Below are positions 35,746 through 49,580 of a stretch of DNA of 64,000 nt, one piece after another (position 1 is the first letter of the stretch; every line of letters begins with the position of its first letter). Origin of the DNA: Felis catus (lineage: Eukaryota). Where the stretch lies: assembly GCF_018350175.1 (NCBI RefSeq), contig NC_058368.1:26228001-26292000 (forward strand), read 5' to 3'. The notes beneath the pieces are model-generated. The model was not told the DNA's origin, ran no database searches, and worked only from the letters and a program-made list of their open reading frames with translations. A program made the position numbers and the translations under genes.

Positions 35746-38700
35746 ACTGATAAATGGCTTATTTTTGTTTCAGGAGTAGAAAATGAAAACTACAACAGTA
35801 TTTTTAAGTGTATTTTAATTTTATGTGTCTTCCTCTAAGTATTTCTGAATATATATCCTCTTCTTGTGTATGTTAACCTTTTTGGAAAAAAATTTTTTTA
35901 AAAACTATTAAATTAAAATGATTCTTCATTGGGTCATCCAGTCCCAAATGTATGAAATAAGTGATCTATTTAGTCTTTTTTCTCATTTTCCTGATAAGCT
36001 TCATCTTTGTTTTCAGAATTGGATTTTTTTTTTTTTAAGATACCGTTTTTGTGTGTCCATTATACGAACCATTAAAACTCTCGAGTAAATATTGTAAATA
36101 TCAGGAATAATATGGTCAAGTTTTTTGAAGTGAGATTGATCAAAATATAATCCCTTACAAAATAGCATATAAAAGACAAATTCTCAACCCAGGAAAAGAA
36201 CATTTGGAAATAATGGCTGATTGGAGAACTATCCAATTCACAAGAGCTGTTAACAGGAGAAAGAAAAATGTTTTAATGTTCTGTTTGAACAAATAATTGT
36301 AGAAGGAGAAACCTTATTTAAGAGTCTCTTGCTTTTAACCTTATCAAGACAACATGGAAAAGGGTAAAGCTTGGTTTTTGAGATTCTTTATAGCTTACAT
36401 AAACTTATTTGAAGCCACTGGAACAATTTACCTTTTCTATGCAGAGTCTGCTAGAAGCAAGAGGGTTTTTCCCTTTTGATTTGAAGAAAACTTACATAAG
36501 AAGTGGACTCTAAAAATTAAAAATGAACATTGTGATGGTGTCCTAGGCAAGAAATAAAAGTTGAATTAATGACAACTTGTGGATTAAAATGAAACAGTTT
36601 GGCTCCCCAAAGAAATTATACTCTGAAAAAATAAAGAAAAAGGAAATTATGATTTAGAATAGTTACTGTGTCTGTGGGGTAGGAGGAAACTAAAAATTCT
36701 TGGTTTTATTAGTCTGGTAAGTTTGGAAAAGGGAGTGAAAAGAGTTAAGATTCTGTGGATAAAATTTTGTTTTTAGAATTAAAGCCATTAAAAGATTTAC
36801 AGACCTACTTCAATGGAAGGCTATATTTTTTACTTGAATACAAAAAAATTATCAGCCATAACTATATGTGTATAAAGAGTGGGTTGTGGAGTTTTAAATA
36901 AAAAGCCTGTACCAGAAACTTCAAACATACTATAAAAGTAATGGTGAAATGGGAGTTTTAAATACTTTAAATTCTTACTACATGGATGCTTCCCTACACG
37001 GTCTTCAAAATAAAAATATTACAGAATGTTAAACATGGTTTATCTTTGTATCTTCAAGGTTGAGAACATAGGCTTGTTTCACCATCATTGATTGGATTAA
37101 CTGTAGTGTAAAATTTTGATGTTCATTAGTGAGGAGACTTTTTAAAAAATAGCTTTTGTTTAAAAAAAGTAAACGTCACATAAGCAGTGTGACTGGCAAA
37201 GTACTGATCTTGCAGTTTATTGTAAATACAAGCTCAGATCTTATTTTGCTATATTGAAACAATTGAGCAAAACGTCCATTGGTTAGATGTCCCATGTAAT
37301 TTCTTGTTTTCTTTTTATTCAGGTATTTTTATTTCCCATTAAAAAGATTACATATTAATTTAGTCCTAAAATGTGAAAGATTTTTGTTTTCAAAAATAAG
37401 CACAAAGATGCTCTAAAATTTTTTAACACTAAATATCATCTAAGGTAATTAGATTACTGCAGTAAAAATGTTAGGGAACTTCAAAGTATACATCGGAGTT
37501 TTCAGGAATTATGATCAAAGGGATCTCTACTCAAGAGGTAAGGTATGGCATAGGTAGAAAAATGTTCAAAGAATGTGTTCAATGTGATGTCTGATGGGGA
37601 AGTAAACTACAACAGATATCCTTGGATTTTCAGACAGGTGTAGAATTAGGAAAATAATTTTTTAAATAAACCTCTCCCAGAAAAAAAAGGATAAGCCACA
37701 GATTGTTTTTATATGACTTTGGAGTGCGTTTAGATACATCTATAGACATTGTACCTTTGGTGTACTTAGCCTCCTGTATTTTAAGCTATGTTTTACTTGT
37801 GGTCTCTTAGTGTTTATCATCCAGTTTTGACTTACCATTTCTTAAGCTTTGAGTGCTATTAAAATATACTTTGTATGGAAAGTTGAGTACATATTCCGTG
37901 AGATTGTTGCCTGGCTTCATTTTGCCCATTTTTATTAAATGATATCTAGAACTTAGAAAACTGTTGTACTGAATAATTTTTACTTGGTTTGAGAAATTAA
38001 TTTGAGTCTTATAAACATTCATTTATACTGTAACTTAGGGGAATTTGTTCTATAAGGATTAAAAAATAATATTGAAGGGCTAGTATATAAAATCATTTAG
38101 AGAAGAAAGTTATGCTATTATTCTCTGAGGAATAATAAGTAGGTTCAGAGTAAAGTGTTAGCATATAGTATTTAGTGTATCTAGAATCAAAGGAAAATGA
38201 AATATTCATTACAAATGACCTGAAAAAATGATTTAGGTGTTCTTCCCTAGAAATAGTAGTATAATTTATTCAATAGATGGTAACATAGAAACCACAATAA
38301 TCTTTCATCCTATCCTTTAATTCTTATTATAAGAACACTAGTTTGTGGACAATAGTTTGCTGTCTGTTCCACTTTCACCTTTATATGTAGAGCAAATGAT
38401 AATGTTGATATGAACTAGTGATAGAACCCACTACTTCATGAGGTAGCTGATTTCCTATTCAGGATGCCTTAATGGTAAGAAGTGGATCCAAGATTTGCTT
38501 CCTTGGCATATTTTATTTGAAAATTACCATAGACAGTAATCTATTTTAGCACCCTCATTTTACATACAAAGTAGCGTATACCCAGGAATATCTCCTATAT
38601 TTCTAACATCACACAATTGATAAACAATTGTAGGACTCCGGTCTCTTGACTGCAAGCTCAGAGATCTGTATTCTGCCGTCTTCTCATGTTGATCCTAGTT

Positions 38701-40129
38701 CTGGACAACATAGTGCAAGTCTGATTTCCTTCAAACATGACAGCCTTCAGGTATTTTAAGATGGCTGTTACATCCCCATTAATTTCAAGCCCATTTTTTT
38801 GTTTGTTTTTGTTTGTAAATAGATTTAAGCACCTCCATTTTCTTGTTCTTATTCACGTAACATAGTTGTGAAATCCTTGAAGGTTTTGTAGATCTTCCAT
38901 GAACATGCTTCAGTTTATCATTGTTTTTCTTAATGTGTGACACTGAGCCAACACAGTACAGATGTGCTCAGACTGGCTGTAGAATACTCATGGCCACTTT
39001 GTTTATCCTTCTATATCTGTCCAGTAAGGTGCTTAATTTTATGCATGTTGAGGTTCTCTTGCACAAAAACGTTCTATAGTGATATGCAGAATACTTGGTG
39101 TCTAAAAATTAGGCTAGTAGTCTTTAGGTACAGGCAAATGTGTGCAGTTCAGCGGGAAAGAAAAAATATTATCGTAATGGCTAAAACTTTAAGAAATCAT
39201 AGTTTAAAAAGTACAGTCTTCCATTTTGTATTTGCTTGCTTAGTTCTGACTCAGATGAACCAGAATGACCATTTTAAATGACTTGTATAATGTGAAATGT
39301 TACTTTTCAGGTGGTTCTTGATAATTTAAGGGTAACCAGGCCTGTTGGAGCTAAACTGTTGACACATGACTGACCATGAGAAGAAAATCAACTGGTGTTT
39401 AGTAACATCATTAAAATTAGAAACAAAAAGCAGTTCTTCAGTGGAAAGGTTAGGGATAGATCCCAAATAGCAGAGAAGATGGTGAAGTAGCAGTCTTGGA
39501 AATCTGAGAATGTGGCCTAAATTCTAATGAAGGCATAGTCTTATGTTGCCTCTTGAAACATAGTGCGAATACTCTACTCCAGCAGTGTTATTGTAGCGTA
39601 ACAGCATTTTAAGTTACCAATTAAATATTTAGCCTTTTACCCCCCCAATTTTAAAATTGAGCTCCTGGAAGACATAGAATGTTTAAGGGTTGCGTGTTTC
39701 TCAAACAAAGGTTTGTTTGAGAAACACTGGTTTGAAATAGGGTATATTACCCTACGTAAATTAGAATTTTAGGGCGAGGGAGAAAGAAAAGAACAAACAC
39801 ATGCCTCCTGTGTGCAGCTTTGGCCAGCTGCTTTATGTATATTTACCTAATTTAATCCAGCTGACCTGTGACCTGTGAGAAAGGGAATGTTTTTCATTTT
39901 ACACACAAAAATAATACCAGAGGTTTCAAAACTTGCCCAAGGGCATATACTCAGTAAGCAACAAAGATGGCATTTGAAAGATCTATCAAAATATAAAGAA
40001 TTCTGCACCATTGATTACCAAATATCTTTGCCAAAATGAATGCATATTCCCAGGAACATTTTTCTTATAGAAGCTCAGTGTTTAAAGTAGATACAAGGGA
40101 TATTTTTACTTAGTATGCCTTTTCAAATT

Positions 40130-43100
40130 GTATTTAAAGAGTAGTTTTGGTTTTACAGAGCAGTTGACCAGAAAGTAGAGACCCCCACCTCCAACCATAT
40201 ACCCTGTTTTTCCTCCCATAGTTGACCTTCGTATTAACCCCTTACTTTTGTGTGACACATTTGTTGCAATTAATGAACTGATACTGATACATCGTTAGGA
40301 TTTACTTTTGTGTCATACACGTCTTTGGGTTTTGCTGAATACTTTTGTATCAATGTTAATGAGAACTATTGATCTGTAATTTTCCTTTCTTGTAATGCCT
40401 TTGTCTGATTCCGATACTAGATTTGCCTCATAGAATGAGGAATTGTTCCTTCTCTTTCTACTTTCTGAAAGAGATTGCAGAGAGTTGGTATCATTTCATT
40501 AAATATTTGGTAGAATTCACCAATGAAGCCATCGGCTTGGTGCTTTCTGTTTGTGAAGGTTATTAATTACTTAGTTTTTTTAAAATACAGATAACCTATT
40601 CAGTTTATTTCTTCCTATGTAAGTTTCAGTAGATGTGTCTTTTAAGGAATTGGTCCATTTCATTTAAGTTTTCAAATTTGTGGTGATAGAACTATTCATA
40701 ATATTCCTTATTATCTTTTTAATGTCCAAGAGACTGGCAGTAATGGCCCCTCTTTCATTTGTAACATTAGTTGTGTCTCCTTTTATTTGTTAGCCTGGCC
40801 AGAGATTTATCAATTTTATTGGTAAAATAGCCAGATTTTGGTTTTGTGTTTTTTAATTTTCAGTTTCGCTGATTTCTTCTCTAATTTGTATTCTGCTTGC
40901 CTTAGGTTTATATTGCTCTTCTTTCTAAGCACTGTTTTGTGCTATCCCACTGTTTTGATAAGTTATATTCTTGTAGTTTGAAATATTTAAAGATTCTTCT
41001 TGAAATCTTTTTTACACCACTGTGTTTTTTAGAAGTATGTTGTTTAATCTCCCAAGTATTTTGGGATTTCTATCTACCTGTAAATATTTGTTACTGACTT
41101 TTAGTTTAATTCCACTGTGGTTTGAGACCATACTTAGTGTGATTTCTACTCTTTTAAATTTTGTATGATGTGTTTTATGGCCCTTAATCATGGTGAAAAT
41201 TCCACGTGAGCTTGAGGCATATTTTGTTGTTGTTGGATGAAGTATTCTTTAGGTATCACTTAGATACAGTTGATTGGTGTTGTTCAGTTCAACTGTGCCC
41301 TTACAAATTTTCTATCTGCTGGATCTGTCAATTACTGATAGAGCAGTGTTGAAGTCTTTAAGTATAATAGTGGATTGATTAATCATTTTCTCAGTTCTGT
41401 CAGTTTTTGTCTCATATATTTTTGATGCTCTATTGTTAGGCAAGTGTGTAGTAAGGCTTGTTATGTCTTCATGGAGAATTAACCCTTTCATTAAGTAATG
41501 ACCCTCTTTATCACTGAGATCTTTTTCTTGTTCTGAAGTCTACATTTTCTAAAATTAATGAAGCTAGTGTAGCTTCAAGTGTTGTCATGGTATAATTTCT
41601 TCATCCTATTACTTTTAATCTACATGTATCTTTATATTTAAAGTGAATTTCTTATAGACAGCATGTAGTTGGGTCTTCTTTTTATTATCCACTTGATAGT
41701 CTCTGTCTTTTAACTGATATATTTCAGCCACTTACATGTAAAGCAATTATTGATATAGTTGGATTAATATGTTGTTTGTAACTTTTCATTGCCTTTGTTC
41801 TTTTAAAATTTATTTTGCGTTTCCCCCCTTTTTTAATTTTTTCTGATCTTGAGTACTAATTCCATTTTCTCTCGTCTTAGCATACTTCTAAAACTTTTTT
41901 TAGTTGTTGCCTCAGAGTTTGCAGTATACATTTACAACTCAACTATCTTCAACTAATACATAACCATTTCATGGGTAGTGCAGATATCATATAATAGAGT
42001 ATTCCTGCTTTTTCTCTCCTATCCCTTATAACATTGCTGTTCTTTGTTTCACTTTTCCATAAGCTATAATCAACCAAAATATTGTTGCTGTCATCTTGAA
42101 CAAACAGTGTTAACATCAATTTAGAATTTTAAAAATAAAAGGTTTTGTTTTGCCCTTTATAATCACTTCTCTGGTGCTCTTCCACAATAAAATTGTGTAG
42201 ACCCATGACCTATATAATCTTTCTTTTCTCTGGAGAACTTATTTTAGCATTTCTTTCAAGGCTGGTCCACTGGTGACAAAAGTTGCTTTTTCTTCTTTAA
42301 TTTTGAAGAATAGTTTTGCTGTATTCAGAATTCTAGATTGGTAGGGGTTTTTTCCCCTTTCAACACTTTAAATGTTCTGCTTTACTTCCTCTTCTTGTTT
42401 GTATGATTTATTCCTCTGTAGGTAAGATTTCTTCTCTCCTACTCCTACCTCTGGCTTCTTTCAAGATTTTTCCTTTGTCTTTGATTTTCTACAGTTTGTG
42501 ATATGCCTAAGTGTAGATATTTTGGGATTTATCCTGTTTTATATTCTCTGAGCTTCCTTGATCTGTGTTGTAGTGTCTCATAAATTTTGGAACGTTCTCA
42601 GCCATTATTTTTTCAAATATTTCTTCAGTTCCTTTCTCTCTTCTTCTCCTGGTGTAACCATTGTGCGTATGTTGCATCTTTTAAAATTGTCCCATGGTTT
42701 TCGTATATTATCTTCCTTTCCCCCCTCCTTTTCAGTTAGGAGGTTTCTGTTGACATATCTTTGAGCTCATGGATTCTTAGGCTTTGTGCAGTCCACTTAT
42801 GAACCCACAAAATTCATTCTCCATTTCTGACTTTGTTTTTGAGTCCTAGCATTTCCTTTTGATTCTCTCTTAGAGTTACATGACCCATTCATTTTTTCAT
42901 GTTATCTCCTTTTTCCACTCAAGCTTTTAGCGTGTTAATGGTTATATGAAATTGTTGGTCTATTAGTCCAACATATCTGTCATATCTGAACCTGGTTCTG
43001 ATGCTTGCTTTGTATATTCATATTGTGTGGTTTTTGGGTTTTTTTTTTTTTTTTTTGGTTGTTGGTTTTTAATCTTTTAGGGTGTCTTGTAATTTTTTGT

Positions 43101-43980
43101 TAAATGCTGGACATGATGTTTTGGAAAAGGTACTTAGCAGATAGGTCTATAGTGAGGTTTTATGTTGATCTGACTAGGTGTTAGTCTGTTTACTGTTTGC
43201 TCTACCTGTATATGTCAGGCTGAAATTACCTCTTGCGTGCTTTTTTAGGTCCACTCTGATTGCATAGAGATTCCTTTATAAATAGAATCAGAGCCTTCTT
43301 TCCATTGTAATTCCTTGTTGATTTGGTGGGTAAGGTGTGGGGATAGAAGAAGTTCTTTGTGGTCCTGTCAATGGTCTCAATCTTTTAGTGGACTCTCCTG
43401 TGGGCTTTCACCTTCACAAGCATCCCCCTACCTTTCCCCTTATGAGACGCAAAGGGTAGAAAGGGCGTGATTTGGGTATTTCTTTCTCCATTTTGTTAGG
43501 CTTTGGTTAAATAATTTTCCTTGAGGGCAGCCCTTTGTTAAGGAGAACCATATGCTCTGGGTGTACTTCAAAATGGTTATTTTTCCTTCTGCTTCCAGAA
43601 CTAGAAGAGATTTTTCTGTTCTTTACCTTGAGAAAGTGATGGGGCTTCTGGAGATAAAACTCATGAAAATGTAACAGGCCCCTTAAAGTTGATTTCCCGA
43701 AAATTTTTAATCTCTCAAGTTCATGGGCCCTCAGTCTCTAGCAGTTAGTCAATTCCTTTTATGTTTTTCTACCCGGCTGGCTTCAGTGGTGGTTTCTCCT
43801 GGCAAGCTGCTGATATCTGTATTTTGCCTAGTTCTTCAGTTTTGGGGCTGGCAGTTGATCCTGTGACCTTAGATCTCTGATGGATATAAGAGAATTTGTT
43901 AATTTTCAGTGTAGCTTTTTTCTTGTTGTATGCTCAGGAAGTGACAACTTGTACTTGTTGGAAGGAAACTGGAAGTCACT
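40130..43980 (-). mobile_element. Large old L1 (L1M class): 3' end fragment plus ORF2/ORF1/5'UTR remnants
   Basis: Antisense L1 phrases (atttggtagaattcaccaatgaagccat, ggaattggtccatttcatttaagtt, tcttatagacagcatgtagttgggtct); ends ggaaactggaagtc (rc gacttccagtttcc, L1M 5'-end-like). Confidence 0.85.
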
Positions 43981-45061
43981 GAGCATTTTTAAATGTTTGA
44001 ATTTGCCTTCAATTTGGTTTGTCCTTACACAAGTAATGGTGCTTTACTAGGAGCCTTCTAAGCCATTATAATTATTTAATTTGATTCATTTAATGAATCA
44101 TTTAGCACTAAATTTCATGCATCTCCCAAACATTGGTGATATTAAGATGCTTCTACACTTGTACACCTCTTTTCAAAATCTTGCTTTTTTTGTTATCCTC
44201 TGGAGCCTGGTTGTGTCTCTTATATCTTGTCAAGGACTTTGTGGCTGTAGTACTTTCTCTCTTAGGAACAAAGCTCCTTCTCTGTTGGATCATTATTGTG
44301 TCTAGTTATTCAGTCATATATCATGTTAAGAAGAGGAAACTACTTAATCTTCGCCCCCTTTAACTTATGCAATCTCTTCTCACTTTTATTACCAAGAATT
44401 GTCTGCTCATAATGTTACAGTTTCTCAAATTTTATTTACTTTTCAATCTGTTCCAATCTGGCTTTTGCATCTAATACTGCTAGGACTGCTCTTGTCAAGG
44501 TCACCCAAGTCCTCCCTGTTGCCAAATCCACTGGGCACTTAACCTGTGCTGTTTTGACCTTTTAGCAGAATTCAGTGTAATTGAACACTTTTACCTCTGA
44601 AACACCCTCTTTATGACTTCCATAACAGCATATACTTCTGGTTTCCCTCCCTGCCTTTACTTTTTAGTTGCTGTTGCTGGTCTTATTTTTTTATACACTA
44701 TGGAGAGTAGTTCAGTGCTCAGTCCTTGAGCTTTTCCCTTAACCTCTTTTCCCTTTACACTTAGATGATCTTATCTATTACCATGGTTTAATACCTTTGT
44801 TAACTCTCCCCAAATGTTTATCTCCCCCCTCCCCTCTAGCCCTTCCTCAAAGCTCCAGTCTTGATATTCACTTGGATAATTAAAGCAAATTAAAATGTCC
44901 AATCCTGAGCTATTTTTCTCAGTGCGGCACCATCGTTTAGCTCATTATGTCAAAAACCATGGAGTGGTCTCTTCCTTACATCCCATATTCAGTCTCTTCA
45001 TTATTTGTTACCTCACTTGTTTCTTTTTTGGACTTTTTAAACTTTATATATAGCAGTTTTT

Positions 45062-45265
45062 TAAAAAAATTTTTTTAACATTTACTTTTGAGAGACAGTG
45101 CAAGCAGGGGAGGGACAGAGAGAGAGGGAGACAAAGAATCTGAAGCAGGCTCCAGGCTCCTAGCGGTCAGCACAAAGCCTGACGTGGGGCTCAAACCCAT
45201 GAACAGTGAGATCACGACCTGAGCTGAAGTCAGACGCTCAACTGACGGAGCCACCCAGGGGCCCC
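45062..45265 (-). mobile_element. Full-length felid-type Can-SINE
   Basis: Typical body, agcagtttt on both flanks. Confidence 0.93.
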
Positions 45266-45271
45266 AAGCAG

Positions 45272-45371
45272 TTTTTTTTTTTTTTAAGTAAACTCTATTC
45301 CACATGGGCTCAAACTCAAAACCCTGCAGTCAAGAGTCACATGCTCCATCAACTGAGCCAGCCAGGTGCCC
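45272..45371 (-). mobile_element. Short tRNA-derived Can-SINE
   Basis: ttttaagtaaactcta...gggctcaaactca...gtcaagagtcacatgctccatcaactgagccagccaggtgccc. Confidence 0.85.
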
Positions 45372-46643
45372 ATATTTGCAGCAGTTTTAAGTTTACAGAA
45401 GAATTGACCAAAGGGTACAGAAAGTATCTATATCGATTCCTCCTCCTCCTTTCCCTACTAATTAATATCTTGCAGTTATTTAGTGTATTTCTTGCAGCTA
45501 AACCACTTTTGATACATTAAAGACCACAGTTTAAGTTAGGATTCACTCAGTGTGCCTAATGTCCTGTATGCACCATTAGGGCATCTTACATAAGAGTTTC
45601 ACTGCCCTTAAAAATCCGTCCCCCCTCACCCCCCCCCTTTTTTTTTTTTTTTTTTTTTGTCCACCTTTTTATCCTTCACCATCCCAATCCCTGACAACTA
45701 CTGAACTTTTCCGGTGTCTGTAGTTTGGCTTTCATATAGTTAGAGTCATACCAGTATGTAGCCTTTTCTAGTGGCTTCTTTACTTTGCAATATGCAGTTA
45801 ATGTTCTTCCTTTTCTTTTTGTGACTTCATAGCACATTTCTTTTTAGCAGTGTATAACTCTACCGCAGTTCATTTTTTCACCTATTGAATTATATCTTGG
45901 TTTCTTCCAAGTTTTGGCACTTAAGGATAAAGTGCTGTAAACATTCATATGCAAATTTTTTATGGACATACGTTTTCAACTCATTGGGAAAAATACCTAG
46001 TAGTGTGATTTTTGAGTCTTTCGGTAAGCCTATGCTTAGCTTTGTGAGAAACCACCAAACCCTTCCACAGCGGCTGAACCGTTCATTTTGCACTCCCACT
46101 AGCAGTCAATGAGACTTCCTTTAGCTCCACACTCTTGTCAGTGTTTTGTGTTGTTGGTGTTTGGGATCGTAGCTACTCTAATAGGTAGATGTATGGTGGC
46201 ATCATTGTTTTAATGTGCAGTTCCCTAGTGACATGATACCAAGTATCTTTTCATAAGCTTCTTACCTATCTGTGTATCATCTTTGACAGGTGTCTGTTTG
46301 GATTTTTTGCCCTTTTAAAAATCTGTTTTCTTACTGTGTTTTAAGAATCCTTTGTATATTTTGGGTACTAGTCCTTTCCCAGATAAGTGTTTTGCAAATA
46401 TTTTCTGCTAGTCTGTGGCTTGTCTTTGTTCTCTTAACAGTGTCTCTTGCAAAGGAGCAGTTTTAAACCTTAATGAAATCCACTTCATCATTTTTTTTCT
46501 TTAGTGGGTCATGCTTTTGGTGTTGTATCTAAAAACTTATTGCCATACCCATAGTCACTTAGATCTTCTCCTGCGTTATCTTGTGGAAGTTTTACAGTTT
46601 TGAGTTTTAAATTTAGACGATCAGTTTTGAGTTAACTTCTTTG

Positions 46644-46678
<35 letters not shown>

Positions 46679-47809
46679 TTTTTTTTTTTTTTTTTGCATG
46701 TGGGTGTCCAGTTGTTTTAATACCATTATTTGAAGAGATGGTGTTTTCTCCTTTGAATTACTTTTGCTCCCTTTTCAAAGCTCAGACTTAACTCCTAAAT
46801 CTCTCTCAAAGTTGTCCACATCTTACCATTTCCATCTACCAACCTTTCCTCCAAGCCACCATCACCTCTCGCCTGAACTGCTACAGGTCTCCTTGCCTTA
46901 TTGTTTGACCTCGGCATCTGTGTATGAGTTATTATAATTTTAAAGCATAAATAAAATTGTGTCTGTTTTCTGCTCAATACTAATTGCTTTCTATTGTAAA
47001 AACAATGAAATCCAAATTCTTTATCATGGCCTATTAAGCCCTAAGTGATCTTGACCTGACTCTTCCTCAATTTTACCTTTGCTTTTGCTCTCCCGACAGC
47101 TTTGGGCTTATTTCATTTAGTCTCTGAATTATTTAAATTATATATCTTCTACCTTAGCAGATTTGTAGTAATGGAATATCCCTTTTCCGGCTTTTAGGTC
47201 TCAGCTTAAATGTTTTCAGAGATGCCTTCTCTAGCTACTATGTTATAAACATTCAGTTCTACATCTCGCCTTTCATTCTTATATTGATTTCTTCCTAGTA
47301 TTTTTCTCAATTTAAAAGCATATATTGTCTGTTAGTTGACTTCCAGTGACCAGAGATTGTGGCTCTCTTGTTTATGTTGTTTTTTAGCACCTGGCACGGT
47401 GGTTTCCACATAGTGGACACTGAACAAATATTTTAATGGAGTAGACATAGGCAGCCTTTGAAATGCCCAAATCTAGTGAGGGACATCCACACATAAATAG
47501 ATGAATTGTAATGCCACTTCGGTCCTATTGGATAGTTGTCCCCGAAAATAAGAGATGAAAGATTTAAAAAGAAATCTTTGGGATTCTTTCTCACTAGTGT
47601 GAACTGGTGATTACAAAGGTCAGTTTATGAAGTCTTAACTGCCTAGGCTTCTTAGCCATAAATTCATATTTTTATTATTTGCTAATTTGGGGGTCAACAG
47701 AACTCTCATCCCAGCAGTCCGAGACTTAGGACCTTATGTGCCTGAAGAACCCACCATTCTGTAGGGACAGTGTGGGTGCGTAGAGGCGGTCTCATGCCCA
47801 CCAGGAGGC

Positions 47810-48035
47810 CGGGTGGCACATTGTTGGAGCATTGGCTGTAGAGTCAGTGTTCGCTTTTGAGGACGCAGTGCTGCCATTTACCTCAGCACATCATTGAACC
47901 TCCCTGTGCCTTAGGCTCCTCATCTGTGAAGGAGCTAATGAACTTACAGCATTGTTTTGAGGATTAAATGGACATATATATATATAGCATTTACTATGTG
48001 TCACGTCCCGCAATAAATGCAAGTGTTTCTGTTGT
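47810..48035 (+). mobile_element. MIR SINE
   Basis: ggctgtagagtcag...gctgccattta...aacctccctgtgcctta...ctcatctgtgaa...gttttgaggattaaatg. Confidence 0.7.
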
Positions 48036-48099
48036 TATGTAAAGACCTCTTTTAAGTAAGATTTTATTACATTGGGATATAAACGTGTAGCTTTTCTCC

Positions 48100-49580
48100 A
48101 CAGATCCCTCACTTCCTATTGGACAGAGAAAGAGAGGCTTCCCTCTCCCTGATGACAGACATAAAATGTGCCTTTGCCACCCTCATCGTTTTCTCTCCCT
48201 CCTGTGTGCTACATCACACCACCTCTGCTTTCTTAGATGTCCTAACATTTTGTTATCCCTTCTTTATTTTCATATTCACCTGCTTCCTTTCAACTAGATC
48301 CTTCTTATATGCCTATAAACATGGTAAAATCTCTCCAATTAAAAAAAATAGGTAACTGTAGCTGCTGCCCTGCCCTCCCATCATCTATGTACCCAGAACT
48401 GACTATAACATTCTGTCCATTGATTTCTTCCAACATTGCTGCCTTCTCAACCCACTCTGGGCTTGTTTCTACCTCTTAATAACTTCATTGAAATAATACT
48501 GATAATACTATTGATAATAATAATACTCATCACCAAAACAAATGGACAATTTTCCTATCTTGTCAGAAGCATTCAAAGCAACTGATGTCATTCTTTTTTG
48601 ACATTTTGGTTCTGTGGGTCACTTCTGATTTCCTTGTATCTTTTTGGTGGTTCTCAGTCTCATTTGCAGACTATTCCCACTCTACCGAGGTTTTATTTTA
48701 TATATTGGAATTGCTAAGGTTGGTCATGATTTCAACTCTTCGGGCGTCTGTATCCATATTGCAGATTCATTACCTTTATAATGATGATTCAAGTTTAATA
48801 ACACTGGCCCAACTTTATAGACCAAATACCTGTTTGGCATCTCTTTGCATGTGCTCCAAGAGCACTTCAAACATGTTTTATGAATTTATGATCTCGCCCC
48901 CCCTCCCCTTAAATGTGGGCTTCCTTTACCTTTCCCCATTTTAGCGAATATTACCCCAGTCCATCATCCAGTCTTATTTTGTGTCTAAAATATCTCAGCA
49001 ACCTGTTTTCCTGTTTCTACTACTCTGGCTCAGTCCATTATTTCCTAACTTGAAATAATTTCCTAACAACATTTCTAAGTTGTTTCCTTGTACATACCCT
49101 TGCACTAATTGAATTCAGTTGCCACAGTATGCCAGAGTGATGTTTTCTTAAGACACAAATTTAATGATATTATCCCTTTAATTAAAACACTCATTTGACT
49201 TCCTATTGCTCTTAAGATCTATGGGAAGGATAGGGACACAAATCCTTTATATTATAATTTGTGAAACCCCGAAAGACGAGTTCCTATTTATCTGTCCCGT
49301 CTCACCTTTGGCCACACGGTGTTTTTCTTTCTCATCCTTCATGTCTCAGCTCAGTGGTCATTTTCTTACGTCAGGAATACCTCCTCTGATGTTCTTAGGT
49401 TAGATCATCTATTTGCTCTCACAGTGACCTGTGTACCTACTGTCTCATTGCTTATAGTCATGGTTTTACATTTTTATGTGCCATTTTCCCCCTCCAGCTA
49501 AAAGACCCCAAGAGGCCAAGGATCTTGTTTGCTTTTGTTTATCATTTGCCAGTGCTTAGCACAGTTAACTGGCTTATACC
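48100..49580 (+). mobile_element. L2 LINE fragment
   Basis: Pyrimidine-rich L2 body ending ...gaggccaaggatcttgtttg...ccagtgcttagcacag. Confidence 0.65.

Larger units (their letters stand above)
45030..46785 (-). mobile_element. L1 3' region (ORF2 C-terminus remnant plus 3'UTR)
   Basis: Minus-strand ORF 45890-46099 FLTKLSIGLPKDSKITLLGIFPNELKTYVHKK resembles the L1 ORF2 C-terminus; carries nested SINEs. Confidence 0.85.
44350..47440 (+). mobile_element. L2 LINE split by an L1 insertion (pieces about 44350-45020 and 46795-47440)
   Basis: ctgctcttgtcaaggtcacc...gttgccaaatcca; resumes ccaagccaccatcacctctcgcctgaac; tail gcacctggcac...acatagtggacactgaacaaatattt. Confidence 0.75.
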
